Shown one piece after another: positions 50,901 through 64,000 of a stretch of DNA of 64,000 nt. The notes beneath the pieces were generated by a model, which was given only the letters and a program-made list of their open reading frames with translations, had not been told where the DNA came from and ran no database searches. The stretch is from Antedon mediterranea (taxonomy: Eukaryota; Animalia; Echinodermata): the NCBI RefSeq assembly GCF_964355755.1, contig NC_092679.1:3812201-3876200 (forward strand), in the 5' to 3' direction. Each line of letters opens with the position of its first letter. The first letter of the stretch is position 1. The position numbers were made by a program, and so were the translations under genes.

Positions 50901-53900
50901 TGTATGTAGAATCGCTGGCAGTGGTGATTGGAACAGGAATTATCACATGGCAGTTTATGAATGATGTACGTAAACGATAATCTAAAAATAAATGTCATAT
51001 GTTTGTTTGTGTTTATTCCCTCATGCATGGAATATGGCGCCCTCATACTCAATATAATCATCTCAAACGGGACTTGGCACTGGGACAGAAATTACGGAAA
51101 ATGCCTTGGCAGTCAATGTGTTAAGAACAAAATGTTAAGTTTACTATAATTTTCAAATGCAACCTTATAATGTTTACTATTTTGACATTTGTTCTTTGTA
51201 TTTGTATCCGTTCTGTTTTTGGTGAATTTTTCTGTTGGTTTGGGTTTCTAAATAAAATAAAAATAAAATAGACTGTCTGTTCTGTGAAAACAGATTATAT
51301 TACCGTATATAGCTTTCAGAAAATTAAATAATTTGATGAAAGTGAAATTGATAAATGTAAATTTATCAGATATTGGTCATTCCATGCCAGAAGGTGGCAA
51401 TTGGCAATAGGACTTTGATGTAAGAAAACACTCTTTAGGATTCATATACAGGATGTTGTGATAAGGGATGACACTCCACCCCTCCCTTTTTTTGGGAGCT
51501 AAAATAAAATCATAAACTAACTTTTGATTAACAATAATGTATTAATATTATTTTAAAAAGCCTGGATTCACCCCTGTGTTTTCAGAGGAAACAAATTTCA
51601 CTATGGATTAAACGTATACAATTTACACTAGTAATACGTATCCTAATCGTGTTAATACATTTAAGACCAACCAAATAATTTTTATATACAGGATACAGCA
51701 GTTTTACAAAAGCACACACTGAATATTAAATACTACAAGTATACAGCAACACTACAAACCAAGAATAACAGGGTTTATCACAAATAGCGTGAACGATGCA
51801 TGATGGGAAGGAATTGGGAGGGAATTGGAAGGAATAACGTACCAGTATATTAAAAACTTTATATACTGGTGGTGGCGCTTGCTCCCAATTCCATCCCACC
51901 ATGCATCGCTCACACTATTTGCTATAAACCTTATAAAATAAAACTTTTTTTTAAGCAAAATTTTACATTTTGATGCTACATATGACTTTTTACTTGCTTT
52001 AATAAAATATAAAGTTAATTCTATTTAAAAAATTTATATTTAACGTAAACATTGCAAATAATATTTTTAATCTACCAAAACGAAAATTATGAAATGTGCG
52101 AGACTTCTAGTCAAGTGAATTCTCATCATGCGTAAGGTAACTATAACATTGCAAGAATTGATGGACCAGGGCCCCTACAGAGTATTTTATTTCACAGAGC
52201 ATAGTGTCATATTAATATTAAGGCTGTTAAACCATGCTATGGGTTAAATCGATACTTTACACAGACATAGGCTCTTCACTGTATGATGATAAACAACTAA
52301 AAATGATTATTAAGCATGACAATTGCATTGTTGCAGTGAGTCTATTGTTATCTATTTCAAGTGAGCAAATGACAAATAAAAACTAACTAGCCAATTTAGC
52401 ATTGGTGTGTACTGTATGTTACTTTTTACAATTTTTTTACAATAGCAATAATCGCCATAAATAAATACATAAAATTATAATCTGTATTTTTCATTTTTAT
52501 TGTTGTTTGTTCTATAAAGCCTAAATTATTATTATTTTATAATTATTATGCAAGTAATGAAATTTTATGAGTTGGATGGTGAAAATATTTCATGAGTTGA
52601 AAAATTGCTCTATTTTTAACGAGGTGCATAGAGCATGTTCATTATCACTATTAGATATCACTTTTCGTTAGACAGGGCTAATTTCAAAATAACACGTGAT
52701 GCGTAAATTAACCAATCAAATTGCAACAATACAATCAGGTGTGTTATAATATATAATAATAATGGAATAATTGTTACTACAGTCTTCCAAAACCATTCAG
52801 TCAATATTTCAATGTATCTGGTCCGGTTAAAAGTTGATTATACCATTGAGCTATGACTCTATGGCCAGTTAACAGCACTTTCTCTGCTCTGAGCCACACC
52901 AACTATTCTAACTCTATCTCTTTATTAATTGATGACAACAAATAATTTTGTGCAGAATACAAAGCTGAAGGCATTGAGTGGTGTAAAGAAACAGTGAATA
53001 CGTGACAAAAGCAAGTCAAGTGACAAGTTAAAGCTTGGTTCCCACGTGGACGCAGCACAAGGACGTAACCGCACTACAAGTAATTTGACCAATCATGACG
53101 CGATGGACCAACCAAACTGTCGTCTGCGATTTGTCAACTTACTTGCGTTGTGCCTACATCTAAGTGGTAACCAAACTAAATGCAGCAACACAATATGATA
53201 TATTACCGGTTACACTGACGGTCCTGGCAACACCCGCATGATACGGATGGCTGTATGATGCTGAGTGAATGTAGACAAACAACAAACAAACAAACATAAT
53301 TACACAGTTCTAATTACACTAATTGTTCTGTTATGTTAATTAGGTATGATATTACTAATTATTGGGGAGGGGGGTGTACCATCACTTCACAATGTTAAAT
53401 TTGTATTCCGAAGCTATAAGAAACCCAATCATGCCGCTCCACAGAGCAAGCATACAGGTCATTTAATTCATTAAAAAAAAATTGAAGTATTTCAAAGACT
53501 TCAAAGCTATAGTAAAATCCTTAAAGATGTATTGTCCCTTTGACTAATTCCGAAAAAAAAAAACACAAATTAGAAAAAATGTGGGTCATTTTGAAGTATC
53601 ATAATAGTTATTAACTTCCACCAAAAAAAAAAATAAATAAAATAAATCATTTAACTGAAATACAGACGTTTTTCAAAGACTTCAAAGCTATAGTAAAATC
53701 CTTAAAGATGTATTGTCCCTTTGTCAAATTCCCAAAAAATAAAAATTAGAAGATTTCGAAAAAAAAGTGGGTCATTTTGAAGTATCATAATAGTTATTAA
53801 CTTTCCCCAAAAATTAGTCGAAAAAAAAAATTATTTAACTGAAATACAGACGTTTTTTAGTTTAAACAAAAACTGTGACTTCCAGTCAAAGTTTTCGATC

Positions 53901-56900
53901 AAAACATATCTCATAATGCAACGCACTTGTTTGGCTACTCTGTATGCATAATCATAAAACTTCCTCGCGATCTGTGTGAAAACACCTTCTCAACCGTGAC
54001 GAGTTGTAAACAATCCCAATTAGCACCATGCATAATGCATACTCATGGTTTGAAATCTTTGTTTACTTTCGCTCGCCACAAATTCCAGACGAAATGTAAT
54101 CAAATTAATTTACCTGTTAATTACGTAAACTTGTTGTTTTTGGCTCCAAATTTCGACTTAAAGTGAATAACTTTAATATTACTTTGATATGGCCAATTTA
54201 AATTTTTTGTGTTTCAAGGGACAATAATCTTTAATATGAGCCTACAATGTAAATTTTTCCAGTATTATTCTTAAAAAGCAATATATATGACGCATTATTT
54301 ACTCACCCATGTTGGACAACCATTTTTTTTGTAAGATTAAAAATAACATCAAAATATTTTGCAAATCTCATATTGAACAGCTGACCTCTCTGTAAGTTCA
54401 TGTGTGTGTTGTACCCTGCTTGGAAACTTGTTTGTGGCATCATATCAAGCCACATGATTGGTTGTTCTGGATCAACGATACTGTAAAAGAAAAAATTGTA
54501 ATTAATAGTCTCATTCTAGTATTAAGCTCTGTCTACACTATGAAACTTTATGTGTCATGTCAACAAAATGTGATGTGCCCATATATGGACATGATGATGT
54601 CATATCACTACCATATTTGGGTACATCACACTTTTTGTCGCATAAAATTTGATAGTGTAGACAGAGATTTAGAGTGGAGTTTTTTTTTCCAAATGGCAGT
54701 CAGGTCTAAAGTGTATGTTAAAGCTTTGCACCAATTTTTATTTCTACTTCTCTGTACTTTTTCTTGATAATTACATGTCTTCAATTTCTTTATTTTCACA
54801 CAAAAACACTTGTACATGGAGGATGCATATTTTAAGATCAGATCTTTAAGCAAATAATGCACCATTGAAAAATAAACATTGAAAATAAAAAATAAGCAAT
54901 GAATTAAAAAAAAAACGTTATTTATAATTAATTTAATTAGGCTTATAACTAACGTTCTCCATCTGATTGCAATGTTGAAAACATCTCTCCACGTAAATCT
55001 TTTTCCATAAACACTTTTGAATGATCGTGGCATTTTCCAGAATTGTTTCACGTGTTGCGCAACATCAATAGCGGCCAGACCCATAGCGAGGTGAACCCGC
55101 TTGCTAGGTAGGAAACCATCGGCGTCATACTGGGTCAATGGCCCTACCATTGCTCCTTTGCATATCAACTTTTGAGCATCATCGCTGAGTTCCTCGAATG
55201 AGATTGCCTCTACATCCCTGTTATTAAAACAAAATTATGTTATTTTTAGAATCACTAGTTAATAATAATAGTTAAGTATAATGCTTTTCCTTCCTACCAA
55301 ATTAGTACATCATTGTCATCTTAAACATTATGTATGTTATCTTTGATACAAATCATTTTAGTTTGTAAAGCTCTGTCTACACTATCAAACTAGTGTGATG
55401 TGCCCAAATATGGTAGTGATATGGCCAAATATGGTAGTGATATGATGTCATCATGTCCATATATGGGCACATCATATTTTTTTGTCAAATAAAGTTTGAT
55501 AGTGTAGACAGAGCTTAAGAGCATTTTTTAACCTTTGTGCACTTATAATTGTTTGTGATGCATCAGTATTTGTTTCCTGGAATTTTGGTTTTTCATTAAA
55601 AGTTTTGATTAAATAAATTTTATTATATTGTATTGTTCAACATACATAACTCAACATAATGTGCTGCGATGTTATTTATATGTGCATAAAATATAATAAT
55701 ACTATAGTAATATTATATATAAAATATAATTATAATATACAGTAGTAATATATAATAATAAAAATTCAATCAATTAATCTCAAAAAGTAGAAAAATTTCA
55801 TTTTATTAGTCAAACTTACTCAATATCTGGAGACAACCCAGGCTGCTCAACATAATTAAAATGCTGAAACGGGAGACTTTTGACCCAGCGGTCCTTAAAT
55901 ATAGGATCTAGATCCAGTCCGATGCTATAGTCTTGAAACGGACTGTCCAGATGAGAGTGAAGATACCGTGAATACTCTAGAATCAGAATACAAAAACTAT
56001 TAGTTTAAAATTTAGTACTAAATTCTGAAATTGTGTAGTTTGCAGAATCTGCCAATGAATTAATTAGTTGGCATATGTTTGTTGCATTGTATTTAAGTTA
56101 AGCCTATGTTTCTAGTGTTTTATTCTAAACTAAGCTTACCTCTTAAATACATAGCTTTTGTGTGCTCATTACTGAATATAGCATGATGGTGGTGTATTTG
56201 ATGCTGTACCATCAGTTTTGCATTTGACTTGATGGCCTCAAAGTATTGGCCGACAGCGGCATATGAAAGACCTTTCATATACTGGCATACGTCGTTGTGA
56301 GGCTCTAAGGCTAAGCAGGCCTAGAAAAAAATGAGATAAACAAGTAATTTATAGCTTTTTTCCAATGAAGGTCAAGAGAGTGTAATTAGTCTAGAAAAAC
56401 TTTCTGGGAAAATGGTAAGAGAAACAGCTGAGATGATGATACTGGTCTGGTAAAATATCTAGGTATTAGAAACTGTAAAAAATTTGGAAGAAAAACCATA
56501 GCCATATTAACTATTCATATCTTTGTTTCTTTGACATGTATAGACAGTGAGGAAAACATTCTGGGAAAATGGTAGGAGGAAACATGTGAGAGGAAACTGG
56601 TCTGGTAAAATTGGTAAAATAGCTAGATATAAACTGGAAGAAGAACCATAGCCATATTAACTATTTTATATCTTTTCTTCCTTGACATGTTCAGGCAATG
56701 GGTAAAATGTTTACAAATACTCATATCTATGATATGATCCACTAAAAATTAAGTTACTAAGAGTCCGTTCGGACGTAAAAATTTACACATGTAATAGTCG
56801 CGTGTTTGTACATTTTGAGATAAACCTGTTTAAAAAACCCAACTCATGAGGTGGATTGTTCAAGTACACCTTTCCGCAAGCTCAGTAATCACAAGATAAG

Positions 56901-59900
56901 AAGCAATTTTGACCTTACTAGTGTAAAAGGATGCATGAAATATGAATAAATAAATATAAATTGTTTAGTTTACATCTGTAAATTTTTCATCGTCCGAACG
57001 ATCGTTGGTTAAACTCTCAAGGGTATTCCACAGTTACATATGTAAACTGATTTTACATCCGAACACAGCCTTAAATAATATTACCAAGCTTTATATTACA
57101 AAGCTTCAGAACAATTAAAATCCAGTAAAACGTTCCCAGTTATAAATACAGTACATACCTTAAAATCAGGTAGAGCCTCAGCAGGTTTACCCCCATGGTA
57201 CAGCAGCGATCCCCTTAGCTGTAGTGATTGCACATGGTTAGGATTTATGGTTAATGCTGATGTAAAATGCTTCAATGCCAAGTCATAATCACCTAGCTCC
57301 CTACAACAAGACAAGCAAAAGTTAAACTAAGGTTCTTTGTAACATGTCCAATTTATTTAGACATAAATAATATCCTTAAATTTATGATGTTATAGGTAAA
57401 GATACATAATTGTGTCCCCTTTAAAAATTAATGCACAAGAAATATTTCTTACAAAAAACGCCGCTCAACTTTTTAACAGTTTAAAATTATTGATATTTCG
57501 TCATTAAATGAAGTTTTTTTAAATTGATAATCTATTTAATAATTTAAAAAATAATTATCAATTTTATTTGTTTAACAATCAGTAGGCCTAGTAAACAATC
57601 AGTATGAAATGCGCTATTTAATTTTAAAGCAGGACCTATCGGGTATTAAATACACAATTGTTTGAGGATGGGGATTATGATTGGAATTAGTTTTCTTTTC
57701 TTATCAATCAATTAATTAAATCAAACAATACATTTTTATTCTAGAACAAAGTCCATGGCCTACTGATGTATAGAACAAAAATATAATCCTAAACAATAGA
57801 ACTGTGCATATTCCGGGGTAGGGGCGTTAATAAATTTTTTTTTAATATGCTATTTTAATGTCAATTTCTAAGCACTGTAAAATTGATCTTAATATGGTAT
57901 AGCAGCTGTACTGTAATCTATTAATCATAGTCTTGTAAATCAACTGGTAGATGGTGATGCAAATTACATAAACACCATAAGGTACTAAATGAATATATTA
58001 ATAATAGATGTTTGTAGATTTAAAAGATTTAATAAAAGGTTAATGAGATATTTATACAAAATTATAGAAATCATAGAATATCATCCTCATAAAAAAATAT
58101 GAGGGAATTTAAACAGGATGATGGATGGAACTCGATATATGGAATGTTTTTAGAATAAGCAGAAATAATACTGTAATTTGCTAAATGTAATGTATATTTG
58201 CAGTGGGTCTATTGTATTTTGAGAAAGGGTTAGGGTTAGGGCAAACAAAATTTTAAGAATGATATGAGAAGTATTATTGTAGAATTTATAATTTGAAATA
58301 AAAATGTTGATAATGTAATGCATATCTGCAGTGTGTCTATTGTTAGTGAATTTAATTAGTACTGTATGTAAAAACATAGATACCTATAAGCATGTGCTAG
58401 ACTTCTGATGCATTCTACTAACTCCGGTTTCTGCCTCAATGTTTGTTCAAATACTTTAATTGCTTCCTACAGATATTAAATAACATGAGCAGTTTGATCA
58501 ATATTAAATTTCATTTTATTTATTTTGTCTCCGTAACAATGCAATCTACAAAACGTGGACAATGAACAAAAAAAAAACGAGACAGAGACAGGATTCATAA
58601 AAGGTGAACTTAATCAAGAGACGGAATGGTTCATATTAAAATCTCAAAATGGATTATAGTATATGTATTTTTTTGAAAGACCACAATTGAAATTAGTTAA
58701 CCTTTTTCGTTTTTTTTTTTTTGTGTTTTTATCCTTGTAATTTAATTTGTATTATATGAATTTCGATTAAAATGAAATGAAATTTACAAACCTACCCCAA
58801 TTTTTCCTTGGTGATATATTGCCAGGCCTAGAAAATGAAATGTTTCTGGTTGGGTTGGATTTAGGCGTACAGATGCAAAAAAGTCCTTTGTTGCTTGCAC
58901 GTAATTCTATGAAAAGAGAGCAAATGTGATAAGTAAGTTGTTAATTGCACAAGAGGGGGAAAAACGGCAAAATATTTAGTTAGTTTGATAAAATATTCTA
59001 CTTCCATTTAGAAGTAAACTCCATAGTTGAAGGCTACTACTTCACAAGCACTGGCTATAGCTTTTGCAATTATTAGGCATATGGTGTGTTACATTATCTT
59101 AAAAACCAGAATGATATGATCATGTTATGAAAAATTATCAGTCACAAAGTGGCACTAATTATTAATACTGTTTCAAATTACAGAAAGTGATACACTAATA
59201 TTCAGTTTTATTATACAACTATAATTATTAAAATTAAATCCCATATACAAAATATACATGAATACTCTAAAATCTCTAAAAGAAGCCCATTTTGTCATTT
59301 TTGTATGTTTTTATTGTTTCATGTTTTTTAACTTATTAGTGGAGGTTTTTATCTCTGTCAGTTGCTTTAAAATAAACTAAATTTTGTGAAGCTCTATATG
59401 CTGATCACTTTCTCCCGAAATGCGCCATGTAACGTCATCAATGGTTCGTACCTCTTCCTTGAAGGCAATCATGGCGCGGTGTGCGAGAGGCCTTGGAGTG
59501 ATCTTTAACGATAATGCTTTATTTAAATCTGCCATGGCATCCTTGTTCCTGCCCAGAGGAGTATAAATCTTTAAGAAATAAACAAGATATAATGAATACA
59601 GAAGAGCAAAGAGCAAGGTATTAACCTATTTTATCATGCTTCTAGTAAAATATATTTATATTGAGAAACAAAAAAATATTTTAAATCTATTCAAATTCTT
59701 TAATGCAACAAGGTAAAGCATCGTGTTAAATTTACCATATATAAATAACAAAAAATATAAACATCATCATCTTATATAAAATATCATTGATTGATAAAGA
59801 TTGATTGATTATGATAAAATTTTATTTAAAAATATAAAACAAGCGCTGTGAATCATGTGTTAATTAACTGTCTTAGTGGCGGATCGAGGATTTTCAAATA

Positions 59901-62900
59901 CCGCGTAAAGTGTGTTCTGTTTTGCATTGTATCTTTCAAAATTAAGTGGAATATCCGTCTATGAATCCACCTACGCTGCAGCCTTACCTCAGCTCTTCGC
60001 TCCCAGCTTTCGGCTACATCTGGGTCTATATCAATAGCTTTTGTAAAATCTTGAATTGCAAGTTCTGCATTTAATGGAAACTAGAACAAGAAATTAAAGT
60101 ACAGTGCACATGTAAATCTTGGATGGCAAACATTAAAAAAGTAACAACACTATACACATGCTTGCTCAAAAATGTGGTGATGTCTAATGAAGAAATAGCG
60201 AATAAACAATTGATAATTGATGCCAAATATTATTCATATAATTATAATTTGTATAGCAAACAACTGTACAAACATTCCATTTTAACCTCAAATATGGTAG
60301 TAATGTGCCCAAATATGGTAGTGATGTGCCCAAATATGGTAGTGATATGCCCAAATATGGTAGTGATATATACCATGTCCATATGGGCACATCATATTTT
60401 TTGTCACATAAAGTTTTATAGTGTAGACAGAGCTTTACATAGTATACATATAATGAATGTTTATGAGTGTAATGGCACTAACAATAATAGTTGAACGATG
60501 AAAGGTTATATTTCAATGAGGTGAATATTTCAATAGTCCATACTATTGCACACCATGTGACCCACAATTGTCCAATCAAATGGTGTTATATAATAATTTA
60601 TAGTATAGTAAATGATCATAGGTGTTCTAAGTGGCTGAATAGTTGGTATTATGTTCTAAAATCCGGGACATTGTGTTGAAAAGTGCTTAACATTCTATTA
60701 TCAATAGCAAATACCATACCTGTATTCCTTTCCTAGCGTAGGCAATACCCCGTGCGTGGTAAGCGCTCAATAAGTCTGAATGCTCATTGATCAACTCAGT
60801 TAATTGTTTAATCGCTCTGTTCAGCTGACCAATATTCAATAAAATAACGCCGGATGCTGCAAGATAAAGAGAAAAAATGTAACCTTAGACTGAGTGACTA
60901 AAGGCAGACCACTTAACATTATTTAAGGAGAACTTGTACATATTTATTTAATGATGATGAATTTCTTCAATTTTTTATATATACTCTATGTTTTGTAGAT
61001 AGTTACCTTTTTGTATAAATGTGTGTGTAATAATGTTAATTATTTTGTTAGTTGTCTTTGAAATATTTTCATTATTGTTAATGTTTCTCTACTGAACCAC
61101 TTTGGTAATCAATGCTTTAGCACTGAAAGTGTCATTCAGTATAAAGATGGATTAATAAAATAAAATAAATACATTTTCTAAGCTGTTTTCAGCCTTTTAA
61201 GTCTTGAAAACTGAACAAGCAAATATCTAGGCTTTCTGTATTTTTTTCTTCAGCCCTATTATTCAATGCTTTAGTTTATTCATCATATTCTGCCTACTAT
61301 TACCCTTTTCACATCGTAGCAAGACGTTTACACACAACATGGTTCACACCATACAAAATGCAGTTGACGCCGCGGTGTGTGCAGTTAAGAAATCACATTA
61401 TTTACTACCAATTTACTTTGTTATATTTAATTAAATATTCTATTCATACAAGAGTATTTAATATTTTATTACCTTATTAAATATTATAGTAAGCAACAAT
61501 AAAGTGATTACCATGCTATTTCAAATTAGATTTCAGTTTCAGAATCAGTTTTCATACTTTCTCCAACCTTTCCAGGTAATAAGAAAATAAACAATTAAAA
61601 TACAATTCTTTCCTTGTTTCGTTTTTTTGTTGGATTATTATCTAATAATAATAGTGTAAGGTAATTGAGTGAGGTAATTGAAAACAAGATGATGATACCA
61701 TCTGGATACAGTAATGGATATTTCTGTAAAAGTATGTTAATTTTTATTACAATTTCAGTTCAATACTGACGATTGGCTACCATCTCTTTCTTCCAAGCAG
61801 TTCTATGAGCGAGACGTTTACAATTCAATAAACAAGAAATGTTTTAGATAGCATTAGCAGCTCTAATATTAATTGTACTAATTGTAAAGTGCTTTTCTTT
61901 GTTACAATTCAATACACACAGGAAATGATATTGAATAATTAATGTCAGTATGCGTGCATTGTTTATCAATATTTATGAGGTTTGGTTTTATAGTGTAGAT
62001 GAATAATGTGCAATAAAAACATCAATAGAATTACTCACACATGTTGACAATGATACCTTAACATGTTGACAATGATACCTTAACATGTTGACAATGATAC
62101 CTTAACATGTTGACAATGATACCTTAACATGTTGACAATGATACCTTAACATGTTGACAATGATACCTTAACATGTTGACAATGATACCTTAATCATAAA
62201 GACAAAATGTATTGTACTGAATATTTTGTTTGGTAAATAGTTTTATATTGTTAATTTTTGTTTAATATTGACGATGTAAATTAACTTCAAAAGACTGTAC
62301 CGTATGTAACATCATAGAGATATGGTAACATTAAAGTCAGCAGGGGCCAGACTGCAATTTTTCTGGGTTCCTTTTGTATTTTGCTGTCATACTTGAATAA
62401 AGTTAAACCAGGAAGTTGTTGCCAAATATAGACCTCTACTTCTTTTGTTTATTAATGTTATTGTTATATATCTGTTTATAAAATTGTAATTTACTGGATA
62501 CGATTTTTTTCTTTCAATTTGTTTCTCTGGTGCAGGTGGTAGGAGAAGTGTAACAACTGTGTATTGTGTAAGAAACCTTCTTTCATACATGTTCCAATCC
62601 GATGCTTTCAAATCAAATGTTAATGTTTTGTTTTCACTTGCCTACAGTACTGCATATCGATTGGCGCATAGCCACACGTCAAAACGAAACATACGTTCGA
62701 TTTTATTTGTCGGCGGAAAACAGGTATGAAAGAAGACCCTTTAGGTTTTTTTAATTTTTGATTCAAAAATGCTCAGTGTCTACAAACAGAGAGATTGAAA
62801 ATTTAACAAATGAGATGTGTTTCATATACAGAAGGTCAGACCCACATACAATATGTATATTCCTTCGCTATGTAGTATAAATTTCTCAATTTAACTATCA

Positions 62901-63060
62901 TGTAGGCTGTACTGTACTCACACAGTGAAAAATAATTACCAATAATCAGGACTTTATCTGATTTAATGTTTGTAAAATGATATTCACCATTTATTTGTGT
63001 GTCTTGTTTCATATTCTTATCATAGTTAAACGTGTATTTCCTGCCAAACCTACTGGATTT
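47949..63060 (-). CDS. TTC13: Tetratricopeptide repeat protein 13, 3' 16 exons (5' end outside window)
   Basis: Exons 62940-63060, 60720-60856, 59988-60080, 59452-59568, 58796-58906, 58384-58466, 57159-57300, 56140-56320, 55820-55976, 54954-55217, 54307-54480, 50547-50741, 49733-49868, 49463-49542, 48705-48863, 47949-48060 (2262 nt, phases consistent). TPR repeats then TTC13 motifs YLREYSRYLH.HLD, AMGLAA, DP.QP..WLD.MP, NLILS.VYYFYNLMPLSRGSS, GKEV.GKIPKGK, LP.VS.TFP.LR.M.E.LN. Confidence 0.93.
48151..48280. mobile_element. MITE family A, degenerate
   Basis: agctctctctaca...gtgcccaaatattgtag...gtccatatatgg...gtcacataaagttt. Confidence 0.7.
49230..49415. mobile_element. Tc1/mariner (pogo/Tigger-like) MITE
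   Basis: TA|CAGTCAACTCTCCCAATAC ... GTATTGGGAGAGTTGACTG; internal copy of the TIR motif at 49361-49375. Confidence 0.85.
49931..50107. mobile_element. MITE family A with three internal repeats
   Basis: (atatcactaccatatttggg)x3; right TIR hit by a SINE. Confidence 0.8.
50108..50395 (+). mobile_element. tRNA-derived SINE with L2-like tail
   Basis: B box GGTTCGAATCC 50142-50152, core TCCTTAGGCAAGATACTTTAC...CTCTCCACCCAGGTGTATAAATGGGTACC, tail AGCGCTATATAAGAA..(TAT)n; 8-bp TSD AAGAGCTT (50100-50107 and 50396-50403). Confidence 0.88.
50807..51120. mobile_element. piggyBac-like non-autonomous element
   Basis: TTAA|CACGTTCACTGCCA ... TGGCAGTCAATGTG|TTAA. Confidence 0.8.
51772..51930. mobile_element. 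Foldback/palindromic MITE
   Basis: GGTTTATCACAAATAGCGTGAACGATGCATGATGGGA pairs with TCCCACCATGCATCGCTCACACTATTTGCTATAAACC; inner ACCAGTATAT/ATATACTGGT arm. Confidence 0.75.
53032..53177. mobile_element. Harbinger-type MITE family B
   Basis: AGCTTGGTTCCCAC ... GTGGTAACCAAACT; related copies at ~32997-33150 and ~36190-36310. Confidence 0.6.
53525..54230. mobile_element. Kolobok-like non-autonomous element with tandemly duplicated left end
   Basis: TTAA|AGATGTATTGTCCCTT at 53525 and again at 53706; right end AAGGGACAATAATCT|TTAA; related terminus GGGACAATACATCT|TTAA at ~34279-34295. Confidence 0.75.
54525..54668. mobile_element. Harbinger-type MITE family A
   Basis: TTA|AGCTCTGTCTACACTA...TAGTGTAGACAGAGAT|TTA. 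Confidence 0.85.
55369..55515. mobile_element. Harbinger-type MITE family A (best-preserved copy)
   Basis: TAA|AGCTCTGTCTACACTATCAAACT ... AGTTTGATAGTGTAGACAGAGCT|TAA, perfect 23-bp TIR. Confidence 0.92.
56394..56690 (+). repeat. Diverged tandem duplication (~155 bp x2)
   Basis: ttctgggaaaatggta...actggtctggtaaaat...accatagccatattaactatt...ttgacatgt occurs twice. Confidence 0.8.
56761..57070. mobile_element. Harbinger-like non-autonomous element
   Basis: GAGTCCGTTCGGACGTAAAA ... TTTTACATCCGAACACAGCC with TAA/TTA flanks. Confidence 0.6.
60289..60434. mobile_element. MITE family A, left-truncated, four internal repeats
   Basis: (caaatatggtagtgatrtgcc)x4 ... AGTGTAGACAGAGCT|TTA. Confidence 0.8.
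62039..62192 (+). repeat. Perfect 22-bp tandem repeat x7
   Basis: ACATGTTGACAATGATACCTTA repeated 7 times without mismatch. Confidence 0.95.
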
Positions 63061-63725
63061 CTAATTAATAATATTCAATCAATATTTATTACCTCAAAGT
63101 CTATAAAGTGTTTATTAAAGGCCAACATTTATTTGTTCAACAATGGCATTATATCATCATTTGGGGTCTTCTCTAGAAGAAATCAAGTTTCTTGTCTTGA
63201 GAAAGACCCCAGAAACAATACACATACATTTAAACTAATACAATTTACTACTTAAAATAATAAATAAAAACCAAAACGATGAAATAAAAATAGATACTTT
63301 CAGTGTACTACAATCTTAATAATATTAAAATTAGTATAAAGAAATAAGATATTTTTAAAAATCTTTACGAAAAGTATAAAGAGATTTAAAATGCTTTAGT
63401 TTGTCATCAAGATCATTCCAGAAATTTTCAGTCTAAAAGGAGGTACATCAAGATGCTGAAATTTATTGTCGATACGTAAATTGTACTTGTGTGATTTTGT
63501 ATGATGAATTAATAGATTAGACATTTGTCACAGGAAGTTTGGTATTAAAGAATTGAAAAATAAATTAAGCAATTTGTGTTGTAGACTAAGAATATTGAGT
63601 TGTATAAGTAAAGGTTGGGAACGGGCGAGATAGTGAGAAAGTAATAATAAGGCCAGAACTATACAAACATTTGTTTATTACTAGTACTAATGCTTTAATA
63701 TTCCAAATTTTTAATTTATTAATAA

Positions 63726-63999
63726 AGCTCTGTCTACACTATCAAACTAGTTTGGAAAAAAAAGTGTGATGTGCCCAAATATGGTACAGTAAAAATTGCA
63801 AAAACAGCACTGTGGTAATTCATGTTACAATAGATTATCTGATAAAAATCCTAGAAAGTAGGAAACCTTTTGCCATTTTTCCCCTGACTGGGTAGTGATG
63901 ACCAGGGACTCCCTGATAATATGACATCATCAAGTCTATATACTGTATGGGCACATAACATTTTTTTGTCACATAAAGTTTAATAGTGTAAACAGAGCT
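63726..63999. mobile_element. MITE family A with ~130-bp internal insertion
   Basis: Both TIRs present; foreign sequence at ~63786-63917. Confidence 0.8.
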
Positions 64000-64000
64000 T

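Noticed and set aside
62039-62192. CRISPR-like direct repeats
   Set aside because: Contiguous 22-bp repeats without spacers; a simple VNTR.
63093-63456. Additional upstream TTC13 exons
   Set aside because: Candidate segments contain stops, mismatch the required phase 0, or need a 32-nt intron.

Overview
AT-rich, intron-rich animal genomic DNA, probably a marine invertebrate deuterostome (inferred from gene structures and L2/SINE/Harbinger/Kolobok repeats). Most ORF-track entries are spurious or single exons. I assembled four spliced genes by hand: (1) the 5' part of a kindlin/fermitin gene (minus; coding exons 30300-30459, 11205-11438, 10597-11023; the rest lies beyond position 1); (2) a complete 10-exon, ~655 aa Tie-like ectodomain gene (minus, 32241-40272) with signal peptide, Ig-like, 4 EGF-like and 2 FN3 modules, a C-terminal hydrophobic anchor and no kinase; (3) a complete cyclin K (plus, 41735-45490, ~593 aa) with a U12-type intron; (4) the last 16 exons of TTC13 (minus, 47949-63060). 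Main surprises: a ~250-300 bp CCAAT/ETS promoter block is duplicated on both sides of the kinase-less Tie-like gene; TA->TACAGTA/TACTGTA and TA->TAGGCCTA micro-insertions resembling transposon excision footprints are pervasive and segregate between gene bodies and promoter-proximal introns; a Harbinger-type MITE carries multiple CArG boxes; and there is a Penelope-type hammerhead ribozyme motif. All coordinates were read manually.
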